Positions 1 through 11,047 of a DNA stretch of 64,000 bases are shown piece by piece. The DNA is taken from assembly GCA_019923605.1 (NCBI GenBank), contig JAHXGM010000001.1:398-64397 (forward strand), read 5' to 3'. Position numbers and translations under genes: made by a program. Under the pieces are notes generated by a model. It worked only from the letters and a program-made list of their open reading frames with translations. It was not told the DNA's origin and did no database searches. Source of the stretch: Candidatus Nealsonbacteria bacterium (lineage in GTDB: Bacteria; Patescibacteriota; Minisyncoccia; Minisyncoccales; CSSED10-335). Each line of letters begins with the position of its first letter. The stretch's first letter is position 1.

Positions 1-41
1 ATTTTTTTACAAGACTTTATAAATGTGTTAAGCTTATCAAT

Positions 42-701
42 ATGGAAATTATATTTATTATTATTATATTAATATTCTCAATAGTAATTCATGAGGTTTC
101 TCATGGAGCTATGGCGGATTCTTTAGGTGATCCTACAGCCAGATATCAGGGTAGGTTGACATTGAATCCTATGAAGCACTTAGATCCTATGGGGTCGTTT
201 GTTGTGCCAGCCCTTTTATTGATTATGAGGTCGCCGATTCTTTTTGGATGGGCTAAACCCGTTCCGGTGAATCCTTATAATTTCAAGGATCAAAAATATG
301 GACAATTAAAAGTTGCCCTTGCTGGTCCATTGTCAAATTTTTCCATAGCTTTCTTGTTTGGAATAGGTGCCAGGCTTATACCATTAGAACTTGCTGTAAA
401 GCGGGGGATAGTGCAGAATTTTGCGGCTCCAGATGGTTTCTTACCTCAGATATTCTTTTTATTTATAATCATTGTTTTTATAAATACATTATTGGCTGTA
501 TTTAATTTAATACCTATACCACCATTAGATGGTTCACATGTCCTATTTTCTCTCTTCCCGAGAGCCGAATACAAATTCAGGGAAGTAATAGCGAAATCGG
601 GATTTTTATTCATGTCTTTAGTGTTTATAATCATCTTTTTACTATTTCCTTATTTAAGAGAGGGAGTCTTCTTTTTAGCTCGAATATTTCTAGGCGTTTG
701 A
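42..701 (+). CDS. Site-2 protease (M50) family integral-membrane zinc metalloprotease
   Basis: HExxH motif (HEVSHG) near the N-terminus inside a hydrophobic segment, several TM helices, about 219 aa. Assigned from the motif only. Confidence 0.55.
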   Translation: MEIIFIIIILIFSIVIHEVSHGAMADSLGDPTARYQGRLTLNPMKHLDPMGSFVVPALLLIMRSPILFGWAKPVPVNPYNFKDQKYGQLKVALAGPLSNFSIAFLFGIGARLIPLELAVKRGIVQNFAAPDGFLPQIFFLFIIIVFINTLLAVFNLIPIPPLDGSHVLFSLFPRAEYKFREVIAKSGFLFMSLVFIIIFLLFPYLREGVFFLARIFLGV

Positions 702-709
702 AGAAAGTA

Positions 710-737
710 TTGACTTTTTTCGCTCATCTTGTAATAT
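710..737 (+). promoter_or_regulatory. Sigma70-like promoter upstream of rpsL (TTGACT-16 nt-TAATAT)
   Basis: -35 TTGACT at 710-715, 16-nt spacer, -10 TAATAT at 732-737, about 45 nt upstream of the rpsL ATG. Followed by a short palindrome AGCGC-ATA-GCGCT at about 749-761. Confidence 0.4.
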
Positions 738-782
738 GTCTTTTGTGAGCGCATAGCGCTTCATTATTTTTATATTAAAATC

Positions 783-1193
783 ATGCCAACCATTAATCAA
801 TTAGTTAGGAAATCAAGAAAAAAGACCAAGAAGCGCAGCAACACGCCTGCTCTTTCTTTTGGTTTTGATAATCTCAAGAATAGATCATCTGAATATCCAT
901 CACCTTTTAAGAGGGGAGTTTGTCTTAAAGTTTTTACAACCACTCCAAAGAAACCTAACTCTGCTTTGAGAAAAGTAGCAAGAGTTCGTTTGAGTAATGG
1001 GATGGAAGTTACTTCATACATTCCAGGTATTGGACACAATCTCCAAGAACATTCAGTTATTGTAATAAGGGGGGGAAGAGTAAAGGATCTTGCCGGAGTA
1101 CGATACCATGTTGTAAGAGGAGTTCTTGATGCAGGTGGTGTTGAAAAAAGAAAGAGAAGCAGAAGTAAATACGGAACAAAGAGACCTAAATAA
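783..1193 (+). CDS. rpsL: 30S ribosomal protein S12
   Basis: N-terminus [10 protein letters not shown]..., conserved [11 protein letters not shown] and VRGG..KDLPGVRYH motifs. Confidence 0.95.
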   Translation: MPTINQLVRKSRKKTKKRSNTPALSFGFDNLKNRSSEYPSPFKRGVCLKVFTTTPKKPNSALRKVARVRLSNGMEVTSYIPGIGHNLQEHSVIVIRGGRVKDLAGVRYHVVRGVLDAGGVEKRKRSRSKYGTKRPK

Positions 1194-1213
1194 ATTTTTT
1201 AATAATCTTAATA

Positions 1214-1687
1214 ATGGGAAAAATCACCAGAAAAGAAATAGAATCAGATTCTTTATATAACAGTGTATTGGTTTCGAAGTTTATAAATCAAGTTATGAAA
1301 GATGGCAAGAAAACCATAGCCCGAAAGGCAGTCTATGGTGCTTTTGAAATAATGAAATCAAAAAAGAAAGATCCACTTGAAACTTTTGAATTAGCAATTG
1401 AGAATGTTGCTCCTTCCATGGAAGTTAGATCTAAAAGAGTAGGGGGTGCAACTTATCAAGTCCCAGTTCCTGTGAGTAAAGAAAGAAAAGTTAGTCTAGC
1501 AATCAGATGGATCTTAAACGCAGTAAAAGCTAAGAAGAGAAATACACTTGCCGAGAAGATTGCAGAAGAATTATTAAACGCAGCCAACAGCACAGGTTCT
1601 GCTATCAAGAAGACCGAAGACGTACACAGAATGGCCGAGTCTAATAAGGCCTTTGCTCATTTTGCACAACCAAGAAGAACAAGTTAA
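1214..1687 (+). CDS. rpsG: 30S ribosomal protein S7
   Basis: Immediately follows rpsL; 157 aa with S7-like sequence ([20 protein letters not shown]). Confidence 0.9.
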   Translation: MGKITRKEIESDSLYNSVLVSKFINQVMKDGKKTIARKAVYGAFEIMKSKKKDPLETFELAIENVAPSMEVRSKRVGGATYQVPVPVSKERKVSLAIRWILNAVKAKKRNTLAEKIAEELLNAANSTGSAIKKTEDVHRMAESNKAFAHFAQPRRTS

Positions 1688-1697
1688 TTTTATTTTT

Positions 1698-3803
1698 ATG
1701 CCAAGAGATTATCCAATTGAAAAATACAGGAACATAGGAATCATTGCTCACATTGATGCGGGAAAAACTACTTTTTCTGAAAGAGTTCTTTTCTATACTG
1801 GAATTTCACACAAGATTGGAGAGGTTCACGACGGAGGAGCAATTATGGACTGGATGGAACAAGAAAAAGAGAGAGGGATTACTATAACATCAGCTGCCAC
1901 AACCTGTTTTTGGGTACCAACCGATAAGGTAAAAGATAAGGCCCATGAGTATCGTATTAATGTAATTGATACTCCTGGACATATTGATTTCACCGCCGAA
2001 GTTCAAAGATCTTTAAGAGTTTTGGATGGAGCGGTTGTTCTTTTTGATGGAGTCGCTGGAGTAGAGCCACAATCTGAAACTGTTTGGCGTCAAGCTGATA
2101 AATTCATGATTCCACGAATTTGTTTTGTTAATAAGCTTGATAGAGCAGGAGCATCTTTTGAAAGAGTACTAACATCTATACTAGCAAAGCTAACTCCTAA
2201 TGCAGTAGCTATGCAACTGCCTGTTGGATCAGAAAGTGATTTCAGGGGAGTTATTGATTTGGTTGAAATGAAGTATGTTTATTTCGAAGGTGATTTTGGA
2301 CAAGTTATTAAGACTGAAGAAATTCCTGCCGATATGATAGAAGAAGCTCAAAAATGGAGAGCTAAACTTTTAGAGAAAGTTGCAACTGAAGACGAAGGAC
2401 TTTTTGAAAAATATTTAGAAGGAGGAGAGGTATCAGTTGAGGAATTAAAAAGGGTAATAAGGAAAGCAGTATTGGGTTATAAGATCGTACCGGTCTTTTG
2501 TGGAACTGCTTTGAAGAACAAAGGTGTTCAGCTTGTTCTTAATGCAGTTTGTTATTACTTACCAAGTCCATTAGACTTACCTCCAGTTGAAGGAAAAGAT
2601 CCTAAAACTGAAGCACTTATAACAAGAAATCCTAGCGACTTGGATCCTTTTGCTGTTTTGGCTTTTAAGGTTGCTAATGATCCATACGTTGGAACTTTAA
2701 CTTATTTCCGAGTTTATTCCGGATCTCTAACTACTGGATCATATGTTTTAAATACTACCACCGGTGAAAAAGAAAGAATTAGCCGAATGGTTAGAATGCA
2801 TTCCTCTGAAAGAGAAGAAGTGAAGGAAGTTTTTACAGGAGATATTGCCGCTACTGTTGGACTTAAGAATACAACAACTGGTCATACTCTTTGTACTGAA
2901 AACAGTCCTATCATATTAGAAGAAATTTCTTTTCCTGATCCGGTTATCTCTATTAGAATTGAACCTAAAACAAAGTCTGACCAAGAAAAGATGGGCTTTG
3001 CTCTGAAGAAGCTTTCCGATGAGGATCCAACCTTTAAGATTAAATCTGACCAAGAAACCGGAGAAACTGTTATTGCTGGAATGGGAGAATTACACCTTGA
3101 AATATTAGTTGATAGAATGAAAAGAGAGTTTAAGGTAGAGGCTCAGGTTGGCCGACCACAAGTTGCTTACAGAGAAACAATTAAGGCTTCTGCAAGCGCA
3201 GAGAGTAAGTATGTTAAACAAAGTGGAGGTCGTGGACAATATGGACACGTTTGCCTTAGAGTTGAGCCGAAAGAAGATTTAGATGGAATTGAGTTTGTTG
3301 ATGAAATCAAGGGAGGCGCAATTCCAAAAGAATTTATTCCAGCAGTTCAGAAAGGAGTTAGAGAATCAGCTGATAAGGGAGTAGTAGCTGGTTACCCAAT
3401 TTCAAATCTTAAAGTAACTTTATACGATGGATCCTTTCACGATGTTGATTCATCTGAAATAGCCTTTAAGATTGCCGGAGCCATGGCTTTTCAAGATGCT
3501 TGTAAGCAAGCAAAGGCTGTTATTTTAGAACCGGTTATGAAAGTAGAAGTAATTATTCCGGCCGATTTCCTTGGAGATATCATTGGTGACCTTTCCTCAA
3601 GAAGGGGCAAGATTGAAGAAACCGAGGATAACTTGGGAATAAAGATAGTCAAGGCAAAAGTTCCTTTATCCGAGATGTTTGGCTATGTTACATCACTAAG
3701 ATCATTGACCGAAGGAAGAGGTAATTCAACCATGGAATTTGATCATTACAGTGAAGTTCCTTTCAATGTTGCGCAAGAAATAATTGAAGGGAAAAAGAAA
3801 TAA
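1698..3803 (+). CDS. fusA: Elongation factor G
   Basis: GTPase G1 motif [17 protein letters not shown] and the full EF-G domain order. The ORF track starts at 1653 overlapping rpsG; the internal Met at 1698 ([15 protein letters not shown]) is the likely true start. Confidence 0.93.
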   Translation: MPRDYPIEKYRNIGIIAHIDAGKTTFSERVLFYTGISHKIGEVHDGGAIMDWMEQEKERGITITSAATTCFWVPTDKVKDKAHEYRINVIDTPGHIDFTAEVQRSLRVLDGAVVLFDGVAGVEPQSETVWRQADKFMIPRICFVNKLDRAGASFERVLTSILAKLTPNAVAMQLPVGSESDFRGVIDLVEMKYVYFEGDFGQVIKTEEIPADMIEEAQKWRAKLLEKVATEDEGLFEKYLEGGEVSVEELKRVIRKAVLGYKIVPVFCGTALKNKGVQLVLNAVCYYLPSPLDLPPVEGKDPKTEALITRNPSDLDPFAVLAFKVANDPYVGTLTYFRVYSGSLTTGSYVLNTTTGEKERISRMVRMHSSEREEVKEVFTGDIAATVGLKNTTTGHTLCTENSPIILEEISFPDPVISIRIEPKTKSDQEKMGFALKKLSDEDPTFKIKSDQETGETVIAGMGELHLEILVDRMKREFKVEAQVGRPQVAYRETIKASASAESKYVKQSGGRGQYGHVCLRVEPKEDLDGIEFVDEIKGGAIPKEFIPAVQKGVRESADKGVVAGYPISNLKVTLYDGSFHDVDSSEIAFKIAGAMAFQDACKQAKAVILEPVMKVEVIIPADFLGDIIGDLSSRRGKIEETEDNLGIKIVKAKVPLSEMFGYVTSLRSLTEGRGNSTMEFDHYSEVPFNVAQEIIEGKKK

Positions 3804-3831
3804 TTGACTTTTTGTAAAAAATAAATAGAAT
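3804..3831 (+). promoter_or_regulatory. Candidate promoter between fusA and tuf (TTGACT-16-TAGAAT)
   Basis: TTGACT at 3804-3809 and TAGAAT at 3826-3831. The genome is AT-rich, so chance matches are plausible. Confidence 0.3.
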
Positions 3832-3917
3832 AGAGAAGAGTATTGGTTCTATAATTAAAAAATAATTGGGCAGAAGAAAAAGATATTATTCTTGCTTCAA
3901 CCCTTATAAATATAAAT

Positions 3918-5117
3918 ATGGCAGAAAAAGCAAAATTTGAAAGAACAAAGCCACACGTTAACGTTGGTACTATTGGTCACGTTGACCATGGTAAGACTAC
4001 ATTGACCGCAGCTATTCTAAAGACCCTAAGTCTTTATGGCTTCGCGTCAGCAGAAAAAAGTGTTGATCAAATCGACGCAGCTCCGGAAGAAAAAGCAAGA
4101 GGACTCACAATTTCTATTTCTCATCTTGAGTACGAATCTGAAAACAGACATTACGCGCACATTGATTGTCCTGGTCACGCTGACTATATTAAGAATATGA
4201 TTACTGGTGCAGCTCAAATGGACGGAGGAATTTTAGTTGTATCTGCAGTTGATGGTCCGATGCCTCAAACAAGAGAACATATTCTTCTTGCTCGTCAAGT
4301 AGGTCTTCCATCACTTGTTGTTTTCATTAACAAAGTAGATATGGTAGATGACCTAGAAATGGTTGATTTAGTAGAAGATGAAATTAGAGAACTTTTAAAG
4401 AAATATGATTACCCAGGAGATGAGATTCCAGTTATCAGAGGATCAGCATTAAAAGCTTTTGAAGCTACTTCAAAAGATGATGAAGCTACAAAGCCTATTA
4501 TGGAATTAGTAAAAGCTCTTGATGAATATTTACCTGAACCGGTAAGAGATATTGAGAAGCCTGCACTTATGGCGATTGAAGATGTTTTCTCAATTGCTGG
4601 CAGAGGGACTGTTGCAACCGGAAGAATTGAGAGAGGTATCATTAATTCTAATGAAGAGATTGAGATTGTTGGCATTAGACCTACTACCAAGACCACTGTT
4701 GTTAGCGTTGAGATGTTTAACAAAATTCTTGACCAAGGAAGAGCTGGAGACAATGTCGGTCTTTTATTAAGAGGTCTTAAAAAAGAAGATCTTGAAAGAG
4801 GTCAAGTTATCTCAAAACCAGGATCAATTACACCACATACTGAATTTGAAGCAGAAATTTATGTTTTAACCAAAGAAGAAGGAGGAAGACATACACCATT
4901 TTTTGCGGGATATAAGCCACAATTTTATTTCCGAACCACCGACGTTACTGCAGAAGTAAATCTTCCAGATGGAAGAGAAATGGTAATGCCTGGAGATACT
5001 GTTAATGTATCAGTTAAATTAATTGCACCAATCGCTTTAGAGGAAAAACAAAGATTTGCCGTAAGAGAGGGTGGAAAAACTGTTGGAGCAGGAGTAGTAA
5101 CTAAAATAATCAAATAG
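3918..5117 (+). CDS. tuf: Elongation factor Tu
   Basis: [18 protein letters not shown] and NKVD motifs; 399 aa. Confidence 0.96.
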   Translation: MAEKAKFERTKPHVNVGTIGHVDHGKTTLTAAILKTLSLYGFASAEKSVDQIDAAPEEKARGLTISISHLEYESENRHYAHIDCPGHADYIKNMITGAAQMDGGILVVSAVDGPMPQTREHILLARQVGLPSLVVFINKVDMVDDLEMVDLVEDEIRELLKKYDYPGDEIPVIRGSALKAFEATSKDDEATKPIMELVKALDEYLPEPVRDIEKPALMAIEDVFSIAGRGTVATGRIERGIINSNEEIEIVGIRPTTKTTVVSVEMFNKILDQGRAGDNVGLLLRGLKKEDLERGQVISKPGSITPHTEFEAEIYVLTKEEGGRHTPFFAGYKPQFYFRTTDVTAEVNLPDGREMVMPGDTVNVSVKLIAPIALEEKQRFAVREGGKTVGAGVVTKIIK

Positions 5118-5121
5118 TCAG

Positions 5122-5463
5122 ATGGCCGCAAAAGCGAAAGCATCAACAAAAGAGAATACTAAGACAAGAATCCACATTCGCCTTAAAGCCTATGACCATA
5201 AAGTAATTGATAATAGTGCTAGGCAAATTGTAGAAACTGTTTTGCGTTACGGAAGTGAAGTAGTTGGACCGGTTCCATTGCCAACCGATACTAGAAAGTA
5301 TACCGTCAATCGATCTTCTTTTGTTCATAAAGATGCAAGAGAGCAGTTTGAAATCAGAACCCACAAGAGGTTAATAGATATTGTTAACCCTAATCCCAAA
5401 GTGATTGACGCGTTAATGAATTTAACCTTGCCCGCAGGAGTTGATATTGAGATTAAAATGTAA
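5122..5463 (+). CDS. rpsJ: 30S ribosomal protein S10
   Basis: S10-like sequence ([12 protein letters not shown]...GPVPLPT), position directly after tuf. Confidence 0.92.
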   Translation: MAAKAKASTKENTKTRIHIRLKAYDHKVIDNSARQIVETVLRYGSEVVGPVPLPTDTRKYTVNRSSFVHKDAREQFEIRTHKRLIDIVNPNPKVIDALMNLTLPAGVDIEIKM

Positions 5464-5513
5464 TCTTAATATCTTTCGCTCGGATAGTCACAAGAAACCA
5501 GGCATTGCGGATT

Positions 5514-5538
5514 GCTGGGTCATACCCAGCTTTTAGTT
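5514..5538 (+). promoter_or_regulatory. Stem-loop plus U-tract between rpsJ and rplC (possible attenuator or terminator)
   Basis: GCTGGGT-CAT-ACCCAGC is a perfect 7-bp stem with a 3-nt loop, followed by TTTTAGTT. Confidence 0.35.
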
Positions 5539-5556
5539 ATCAATCTTTTACCATAT

Positions 5557-6156
5557 ATGAAATTCATTTTAGGAAAAAAATTAGGAATGACACAGGTATT
5601 TACCGAGGATGGCAAATTAACCCCGGTGACTTTAGTTGAGGCTGGACCTTGTAAGGTTCTCCAACTGAAAAATGATGCTAAAGATGGCTACGAAGCGATT
5701 CAGATTGGGTTTGAAGAAATAACTAAAAAGAATCAGATCAAAAAATCAGCCAAAGATAAACATTATAAGCACATTAGAGAGTTTCCGGCTGGAGAAGGAA
5801 AAGAGTATTCCAAAGGAGAAGTTATAGATGTGACTTCGTTTGAAGAGGGAGATGAGATTAGGGTCGTAGGTATTTCCAAGGGTAAAGGATTTCAGGGAGG
5901 AGTAAAGCGTCATGGATTTGCAGGAGCAGGATCTTCTCATGGAATAAAACACAGTAAAAGAAAGATTGGATCAATTGGAAGTGCCTTCCCTCAAAGAGTT
6001 ATTAAAGGTAGAAAAATGCCTGGACGAATGGGAAGTGATAGAATTAATGTAAAAGGTTTAAAGATTATAAAGATTGATTCTGAAAGAAATATTATAGCAA
6101 TAAAAGGTGCTTTACCAGGAAGGCCAGGAACCCTCTTGGAAATTAGTGTTCAATAA
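5557..6156 (+). CDS. rplC: 50S ribosomal protein L3
   Basis: MKFILGKKLGMTQVF... is a typical L3 N-terminus. The ORF track start at 5512 is probably an upstream in-frame extension. Confidence 0.9.
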   Translation: MKFILGKKLGMTQVFTEDGKLTPVTLVEAGPCKVLQLKNDAKDGYEAIQIGFEEITKKNQIKKSAKDKHYKHIREFPAGEGKEYSKGEVIDVTSFEEGDEIRVVGISKGKGFQGGVKRHGFAGAGSSHGIKHSKRKIGSIGSAFPQRVIKGRKMPGRMGSDRINVKGLKIIKIDSERNIIAIKGALPGRPGTLLEISVQ

Positions 6157-6160
6157 ATCT

Positions 6161-6787
6161 ATGAAAGTAAGCGTTTATAATCAAAAAGGAGAAGAGTTAA
6201 AGAAAATTGATGTTTCCGATGACGTTTTTAATGTAGAACCAAACTTTGATTTACTTCATCAAGTTGTAGTTTCACAAATGTCTAATAGAAGACAGGGGAC
6301 TGCTCACACTAAAGACAGAGGAGATGTCAGCGGAGGAGGTAAAAAACCCTGGAGACAAAAAGGAACTGGCCGCGCAAGACACGGATCAACCAGATCTCCT
6401 ATTTGGAAGGGTGGTGGAGTTACCTTTGGACCAAGAAGTGATAAAAATTACAAGAGAGTGATTCCAAAGTTAATGAAAAGAAAAGCTCTTTTTATGGTAT
6501 TGTCTGCAAAATTGAAAGATAACGAAATGAAAGTATTGGATAAGATTGAGCTAAATAATCATAAGACAAAGGGCGCAATAGAAGTCTTAAATAATTTTCC
6601 AGAAATAATCAAGAAAAACACTTTGTTAATACTTCCAGACACCAACAAGAGCGTACTTCTAGGATTCAGAAATATTCCTAAGATAGAATTGATGCAAGCT
6701 AAAGATCTTAATGCATTAGACCTTTTATCTTTTAAAAATATTATTATTCCGGAGGCAAGTATTAAGGTAATAGAGGATACATTTTAA
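6161..6787 (+). CDS. rplD: 50S ribosomal protein L4
   Basis: Internal Met MKVSVYNQKGEE... directly after the L3 stop; L4-like body. Confidence 0.88.
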   Translation: MKVSVYNQKGEELKKIDVSDDVFNVEPNFDLLHQVVVSQMSNRRQGTAHTKDRGDVSGGGKKPWRQKGTGRARHGSTRSPIWKGGGVTFGPRSDKNYKRVIPKLMKRKALFMVLSAKLKDNEMKVLDKIELNNHKTKGAIEVLNNFPEIIKKNTLLILPDTNKSVLLGFRNIPKIELMQAKDLNALDLLSFKNIIIPEASIKVIEDTF

Positions 6788-6789
6788 TT

Positions 6790-7161
6790 ATGGCTATAAG
6801 TAAAATTTTTAAAAAAACTGAAGAGAAGAAAGAGAAACCTTTAAAGACTGAAAAAAAGGCCACTGCTGTTAAGAGTGAATCAATTGCATGGAGGGTCTTA
6901 GAGGGGCCGTATGTAAGTGAGAAGTCTACTGACCTTATGACTAAAGATAAGTATCTTTTCAAAGTTTCTTCTGTTTCAAACAAGGACGAAGTAAAGAGAG
7001 CTATAGAAGATCTTTACAAAGTAGATGTTATAGCAGTTAATGTTATAAATGTTCCAGGAAAAGCAAAGAGGCTAGGAAAACATAAGGGTAGAAAGAAGGG
7101 ATTCAAGAAAGCAATAATTGAAATTAAGAAAGGTCAACAGATTGATATTATCCCCAATTAA
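6790..7161 (+). CDS. rplW: 50S ribosomal protein L23
   Basis: Operon position and an L23-like core, with a Lys-rich N-terminal extension. Confidence 0.85.
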   Translation: MAISKIFKKTEEKKEKPLKTEKKATAVKSESIAWRVLEGPYVSEKSTDLMTKDKYLFKVSSVSNKDEVKRAIEDLYKVDVIAVNVINVPGKAKRLGKHKGRKKGFKKAIIEIKKGQQIDIIPN

Positions 7162-7219
7162 TCATCCTTGACTCAAGCCTCCGTTTATGTTTAAATAAAT
7201 GGGTTGATATTCATAGAAA

Positions 7220-8002
7220 ATGTCCAAACAAACACTTACAAAAGAAAGACCAGTAAAGAAATTAGTCGTTAATCTGAAAAGAAGGGCGGGTAGGGGAAGC
7301 TCAGGAAGAATCACTATTCGACACAAAGGGGGTGGAGTGAAGAGGCTTTACCGATTGGTTGATTTTAAGATGAGAAAGATTGATGTTCCAGCTAAGGTTT
7401 TAAGGTTTGAATATGATCCTTACCGAACAGCTTATATCGCATTGATTGAATACCAAGATGGCGAAAAGAGCTACATTTTAGCTCCACAAGGAATGAAGGA
7501 AGGTGATGAAATTATTGTTTCTGAAAAAGCCGAATTGAAAGTAGGGAATAGAATGAAACTTAAAAATGTACCGGTTGGAAGTTCAGTTTTCAATATTGAA
7601 TTAGAACCAGGAAAGGGAGGCCAGCTCATAAAATCAGCAGGAAGTTCATCCAAGGTTTTAGCTCATGATGGAAAATATATACAGATTGAAATGCCCTCTA
7701 AAGAGGTAAGAAAGATTCACAAAGAATGTTATGGTACAATTGGAGCAGTTTCAAATCCAGAACATAAATATAAAAGAATAAAGAATGCCGGTGCCAGTAG
7801 AAGAAAAGGAAAGAGACCTACAGTAAGAGGTTCGGCCATGAATCCAGTAGATCATCCCCATGGAGGAGGAGAAGGAAGAGCACCTATTGGATTAAAGTAT
7901 GCTAAGACTCCCTGGGGTAAGCATGCTAGAGGAGTAAAGACAAGAAAGAGAAAAACAACAAACCATTTAATAATTAAGAGAAGGAAAAAGAAGAAACGAT
8001 AA
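7220..8002 (+). CDS. rplB: 50S ribosomal protein L2
   Basis: The GRNxxGxITxRHKGGG motif and conserved C-terminal HPHGGGEG. Confidence 0.95.
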   Translation: MSKQTLTKERPVKKLVVNLKRRAGRGSSGRITIRHKGGGVKRLYRLVDFKMRKIDVPAKVLRFEYDPYRTAYIALIEYQDGEKSYILAPQGMKEGDEIIVSEKAELKVGNRMKLKNVPVGSSVFNIELEPGKGGQLIKSAGSSSKVLAHDGKYIQIEMPSKEVRKIHKECYGTIGAVSNPEHKYKRIKNAGASRRKGKRPTVRGSAMNPVDHPHGGGEGRAPIGLKYAKTPWGKHARGVKTRKRKTTNHLIIKRRKKKKR

Positions 8003-8006
8003 ACAT

Positions 8007-8291
8007 ATGGCAAGAAGTCTTAAAAAAGGACCCTACATTGACCTTAAGTTAATGGAAAAGGTAAAAAAATTAAAACTAGGTGATGACACTATTGTAAAGA
8101 CTTGGGCAAGAAGCTCAACCATTACTCCGGAAATGATAGGTTTTACCTTTGGTGTTCATAATGGAAAACAACACATACCTGTATTGATTACTGAGGACAT
8201 GGTAGGTCACAAACTTGGAGAATTTTCTCCAACAACCAAATTTGTAAGACACGGAGGAAAGATGCAGAGAGATATAGAGAAGAAGAAATAA
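8007..8291 (+). CDS. rpsS: 30S ribosomal protein S19
   Basis: [12 protein letters not shown]... and GHKLGEF motifs. Confidence 0.95.
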   Translation: MARSLKKGPYIDLKLMEKVKKLKLGDDTIVKTWARSSTITPEMIGFTFGVHNGKQHIPVLITEDMVGHKLGEFSPTTKFVRHGGKMQRDIEKKK

Positions 8292-8306
8292 TATAATTAA
8301 TGAATA

Positions 8307-8816
8307 ATGGAGGTTAAAGCAAAATTAAGACATCTAAGAATAGCCCCTAGAAAGGTTAGATTGGTTGTAGATATGATAAGAGGAGAAAAGGTTTCAGAAG
8401 CTAAGCTGATTTTACGTTTTACCGTCAACAGATCATCTCGACCAGTTCTTAAGCTTTTAAATTCTGCTATTGCCAATGCCAAGAATGACTTTAGTTTAGA
8501 TGAAAGCAACCTATATATTTCAGAAATAAGAGTAGATGAAGGGCCAAAATTAAAAAGATGGATGCCAAGAGCTAGGGGAGTGGCTACTGAAATTCAGAAA
8601 AAGACCTCACATGTGATATTAACGTTAGATGAGATTAATAAGACAAAAAAGGTAGCTAAGAAAAAGAAAGCAGTCGCAAAGCCGGAAGTTTTAAAAGTTG
8701 ATCAAATTAAGGAAAGTGCTCCAGAAAAGAAAAAGACAAGAAAAGATAGTTCACAAAAGATAACTGCTGAAAGAGGAGTATCTTCTAAAAAAATGTTTAG
8801 AAGAAAATCTATATAA
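8307..8816 (+). CDS. rplV: 50S ribosomal protein L22 with a Lys-rich C-terminal extension
   Basis: L22 core (RIAPRKVRLVVDMIRG) plus an about 60-aa K-rich tail. Confidence 0.9.
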   Translation: MEVKAKLRHLRIAPRKVRLVVDMIRGEKVSEAKLILRFTVNRSSRPVLKLLNSAIANAKNDFSLDESNLYISEIRVDEGPKLKRWMPRARGVATEIQKKTSHVILTLDEINKTKKVAKKKKAVAKPEVLKVDQIKESAPEKKKTRKDSSQKITAERGVSSKKMFRRKSI

Positions 8817-8821
8817 TAATT

Positions 8822-9478
8822 ATGGCGCATAAAGTTCATCCAAAATCATATAGAATAAAAGAAACAAACGACTGGGATTCCAGGGGTTTTTATCAAAAGA
8901 AATCAACTAATTTTCTTAAAGAGGATTATGAAATTAGAGGTTTTTTAGGTAAAAGATTGGAAAGAATGGGAGTTGAAAAGATTGAAATTGAAAGATTTCC
9001 AAGAAAAGTTAATATTATTATATTGAGTTCTAGGCCAGGATTGATCATTGGAAGAGGAGGAGAAGAGATCATCAAGCTTAAAAAAGACATGTTTAGGATG
9101 ATGAACAAGAAATTTGACAAAAAAGTAGCTGAAGAAGAGGTTAATATTGAAATAAAAGAGGTAAGAAATCCTTGGCTTTCAGCCAAGCTTTCTGCTGACT
9201 GGGCCGGTCAACAACTTGTAAGAAGAGTGCCTTATAAAAGAGTTTTAAGACAAATTGTAGAAAAAATAAATACCAATAAAGAAGTTTTAGGAGTTAGGGT
9301 TGAATTTGCTGGAAGGCTTGATGGAGTAGAAATTGCAAGAAGAGAATGGTCTCAGAAAGGCAGACTTCCACGTCAAACTATAAGAGCAGATATTGATTAT
9401 GCTTCAGAAATGGCCAGATGTTCCTATGGAGCCATTGGTATTAAGGTTTGGATATATAAAGGAGAAAAATTTAACTAG
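8822..9478 (+). CDS. rpsC: 30S ribosomal protein S3
   Basis: KH-domain S3 sequence (GHKVHP..., IGRGG) at the expected operon position. Confidence 0.92.
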   Translation: MAHKVHPKSYRIKETNDWDSRGFYQKKSTNFLKEDYEIRGFLGKRLERMGVEKIEIERFPRKVNIIILSSRPGLIIGRGGEEIIKLKKDMFRMMNKKFDKKVAEEEVNIEIKEVRNPWLSAKLSADWAGQQLVRRVPYKRVLRQIVEKINTNKEVLGVRVEFAGRLDGVEIARREWSQKGRLPRQTIRADIDYASEMARCSYGAIGIKVWIYKGEKFN

Positions 9479-9484
9479 AGATCT

Positions 9485-9895
9485 ATGTCGTTAATGATGC
9501 CCAAAAAAGTAAAACACCGAAAGAGCTTTAAAGCTAAGAGTAAAGGTGTTTCAAGAAAAGGAAATGAACTGAACTTCGGGTCATACGGTTTAAAGAGTAT
9601 GGGCACCAAATGGATTACTTCCAGACAACTTGAAGCTTCCAGAAGAGCAATTGTAAGATACCTAAGAAAAGGAGGAAAGCTTTGGATAAGAGTATTCCCA
9701 GATAGACCGGTTACCGCAAAAGGAAATGAGGTTCCGATGGGAGGAGGGAAAGGATCTGTTGACCATTATATTTTTCCTATTACCCCGGGACGCATTCTTT
9801 TTGAATTAGATGGTATAAAAGAAGAAGATATGAAAGAGGCTTTTAGAAAGGCATCTGATAAACTTCCGATCAAAACCAAAATCGTAAGCAGATAA
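9485..9895 (+). CDS. rplP: 50S ribosomal protein L16
   Basis: L16 motifs (PKKVKHRK..., RMGGGKG). Confidence 0.93.
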   Translation: MSLMMPKKVKHRKSFKAKSKGVSRKGNELNFGSYGLKSMGTKWITSRQLEASRRAIVRYLRKGGKLWIRVFPDRPVTAKGNEVPMGGGKGSVDHYIFPITPGRILFELDGIKEEDMKEAFRKASDKLPIKTKIVSR

Positions 9896-9899
9896 CATT

Positions 9900-10085
9900 A
9901 TGAAGATCTTAGAGTTAACAAACAAAACAAGGCTAGAGTTAGAGGCATTGATCGTTAAGAAGCGAGAAGATATTAGAAAATTAAAGTTTAGACTTGATTC
10001 AAAAAAAGTTACTAATGTTAAATTGATGAAGGAGACTAGGAAAGATGTTGCGAGAATCCTAACCATTTTAAAAGATAAAGAATAA
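9900..10085 (+). CDS. rpmC: 50S ribosomal protein L29
   Basis: 61-aa helical protein after rplP at the canonical position. Confidence 0.85.
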   Translation: MKILELTNKTRLELEALIVKKREDIRKLKFRLDSKKVTNVKLMKETRKDVARILTILKDKE

Positions 10086-10094
10086 GACAAAAGT

Positions 10095-10331
10095 ATGCCT
10101 AAAAGAAAATTACAAGGTATTGTTATTTCAGATAAGATGGATAAAACCGTTGTGGTTCAGGTTGAGCAATTAAAGAATCATCCGAAGTATAAAAAAAGAT
10201 ATAAAGTTACTCTTAGATATAAAGCTCACGATTCGAACAACGAATACAAAGAGGGAGATAAAGTTTTCATTGAAGAGTGCAGGCCGTTGAGCAAAGATAA
10301 AGTATGGAGAGTAATTGAGAAAATTAATTAA
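10095..10331 (+). CDS. rpsQ: 30S ribosomal protein S17
   Basis: S17-like body ([14 protein letters not shown]...), canonical position. Confidence 0.9.
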   Translation: MPKRKLQGIVISDKMDKTVVVQVEQLKNHPKYKKRYKVTLRYKAHDSNNEYKEGDKVFIEECRPLSKDKVWRVIEKIN

Positions 10332-10335
10332 TAGT

Positions 10336-10707
10336 ATGATTCAACCAGAAACAAAATTAAAAGTCGCTGATAATTCAGGAGCAAAGACAATCCAGTGCTT
10401 TAAGGTATTAGGAGGAAGTAAAAGAAGATATGCCCAAATTGGAGATATCATAGTCGCTGCTGTAAAAGATGCAGAGCCGAGAAAAGGAGTTAAGAAGCAT
10501 GATATTGTTCGAGCAGTTATTGTAAGACAAAAGAAAGCCTTTGCAAGAAAAGATGGCTCATATGTTAAATTTGATGAAAACGTAGCTATAATCTTAGATG
10601 GAAAGACCGTGAACCCCAAAGGGGGAAGACTCTTTGGTCCGATCCCAAGAGAATTAAGAGAGAAAGGTTTTGATAAATTAGCAGGCATGGCCAAGGAGCT
10701 TGTATAA
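10336..10707 (+). CDS. rplN: 50S ribosomal protein L14
   Basis: [17 protein letters not shown]... is a classic L14 N-terminus. The ORF track start at 10315 is an upstream extension overlapping rpsQ. Confidence 0.93.
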   Translation: MIQPETKLKVADNSGAKTIQCFKVLGGSKRRYAQIGDIIVAAVKDAEPRKGVKKHDIVRAVIVRQKKAFARKDGSYVKFDENVAIILDGKTVNPKGGRLFGPIPRELREKGFDKLAGMAKELV

Positions 10708-10737
10708 AACGAAAATATTTGTTAGCATCCCAAATGT

Positions 10738-11043
10738 ATGAAAATCAAAAAAGGAGATACAATTTTATTAATCACTGGAAAAGACAGGGGGAAGAAAGGA
10801 AAGGTCCTTCAAGTTATTCCAACCAAAGACAAGGTTGTAGTTGATAATATCAACTTAAAAAAGAAACATGTTCGACCTAAGAAATCCGGAGAGAAAGGGC
10901 AAGTTGTTGAATTTTCCGCACCAGTAGATATTTCCAATGTTAAGTTAGTTTGTCCCAAGTGTTCTAAGCCTTCAAGAGTAGGCTACATTATAGTAGACGG
11001 CAAAAAAGATAGAGTTTGTAAAAAATGTGAAAAGAAGATATAG
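10738..11043 (+). CDS. rplX: 50S ribosomal protein L24
   Basis: MKIKKGDTILLITGKDRGKKGKVL is a KOW-domain L24 N-terminus. Confidence 0.92.
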   Translation: MKIKKGDTILLITGKDRGKKGKVLQVIPTKDKVVVDNINLKKKHVRPKKSGEKGQVVEFSAPVDISNVKLVCPKCSKPSRVGYIIVDGKKDRVCKKCEKKI

Positions 11044-11047
11044 ACTT

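Noticed and set aside
797-1039. Antisense ORFs inside ribosomal protein genes; the same applies to 5143..5364, 5746..5952, 7471..7653, 8297..8509, 8926..9186, 10341..10694, 11110..11346, 11855..12145 and 12534..12764.
   Set aside because: All overlap strongly supported ribosomal genes on the opposite strand. Treated as spurious.
1653-1697. Upstream extension of fusA overlapping the rpsG 3' end.
   Set aside because: The conserved EF-G N-terminus begins at the internal Met ([10 protein letters not shown]...). The 15-codon extension has no conservation and overlaps rpsG.
4409-4753. Antisense and alternate-frame ORFs inside tuf.
   Set aside because: They are fully embedded in a highly conserved gene, have low-complexity composition and no start context. 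Treated as spurious.
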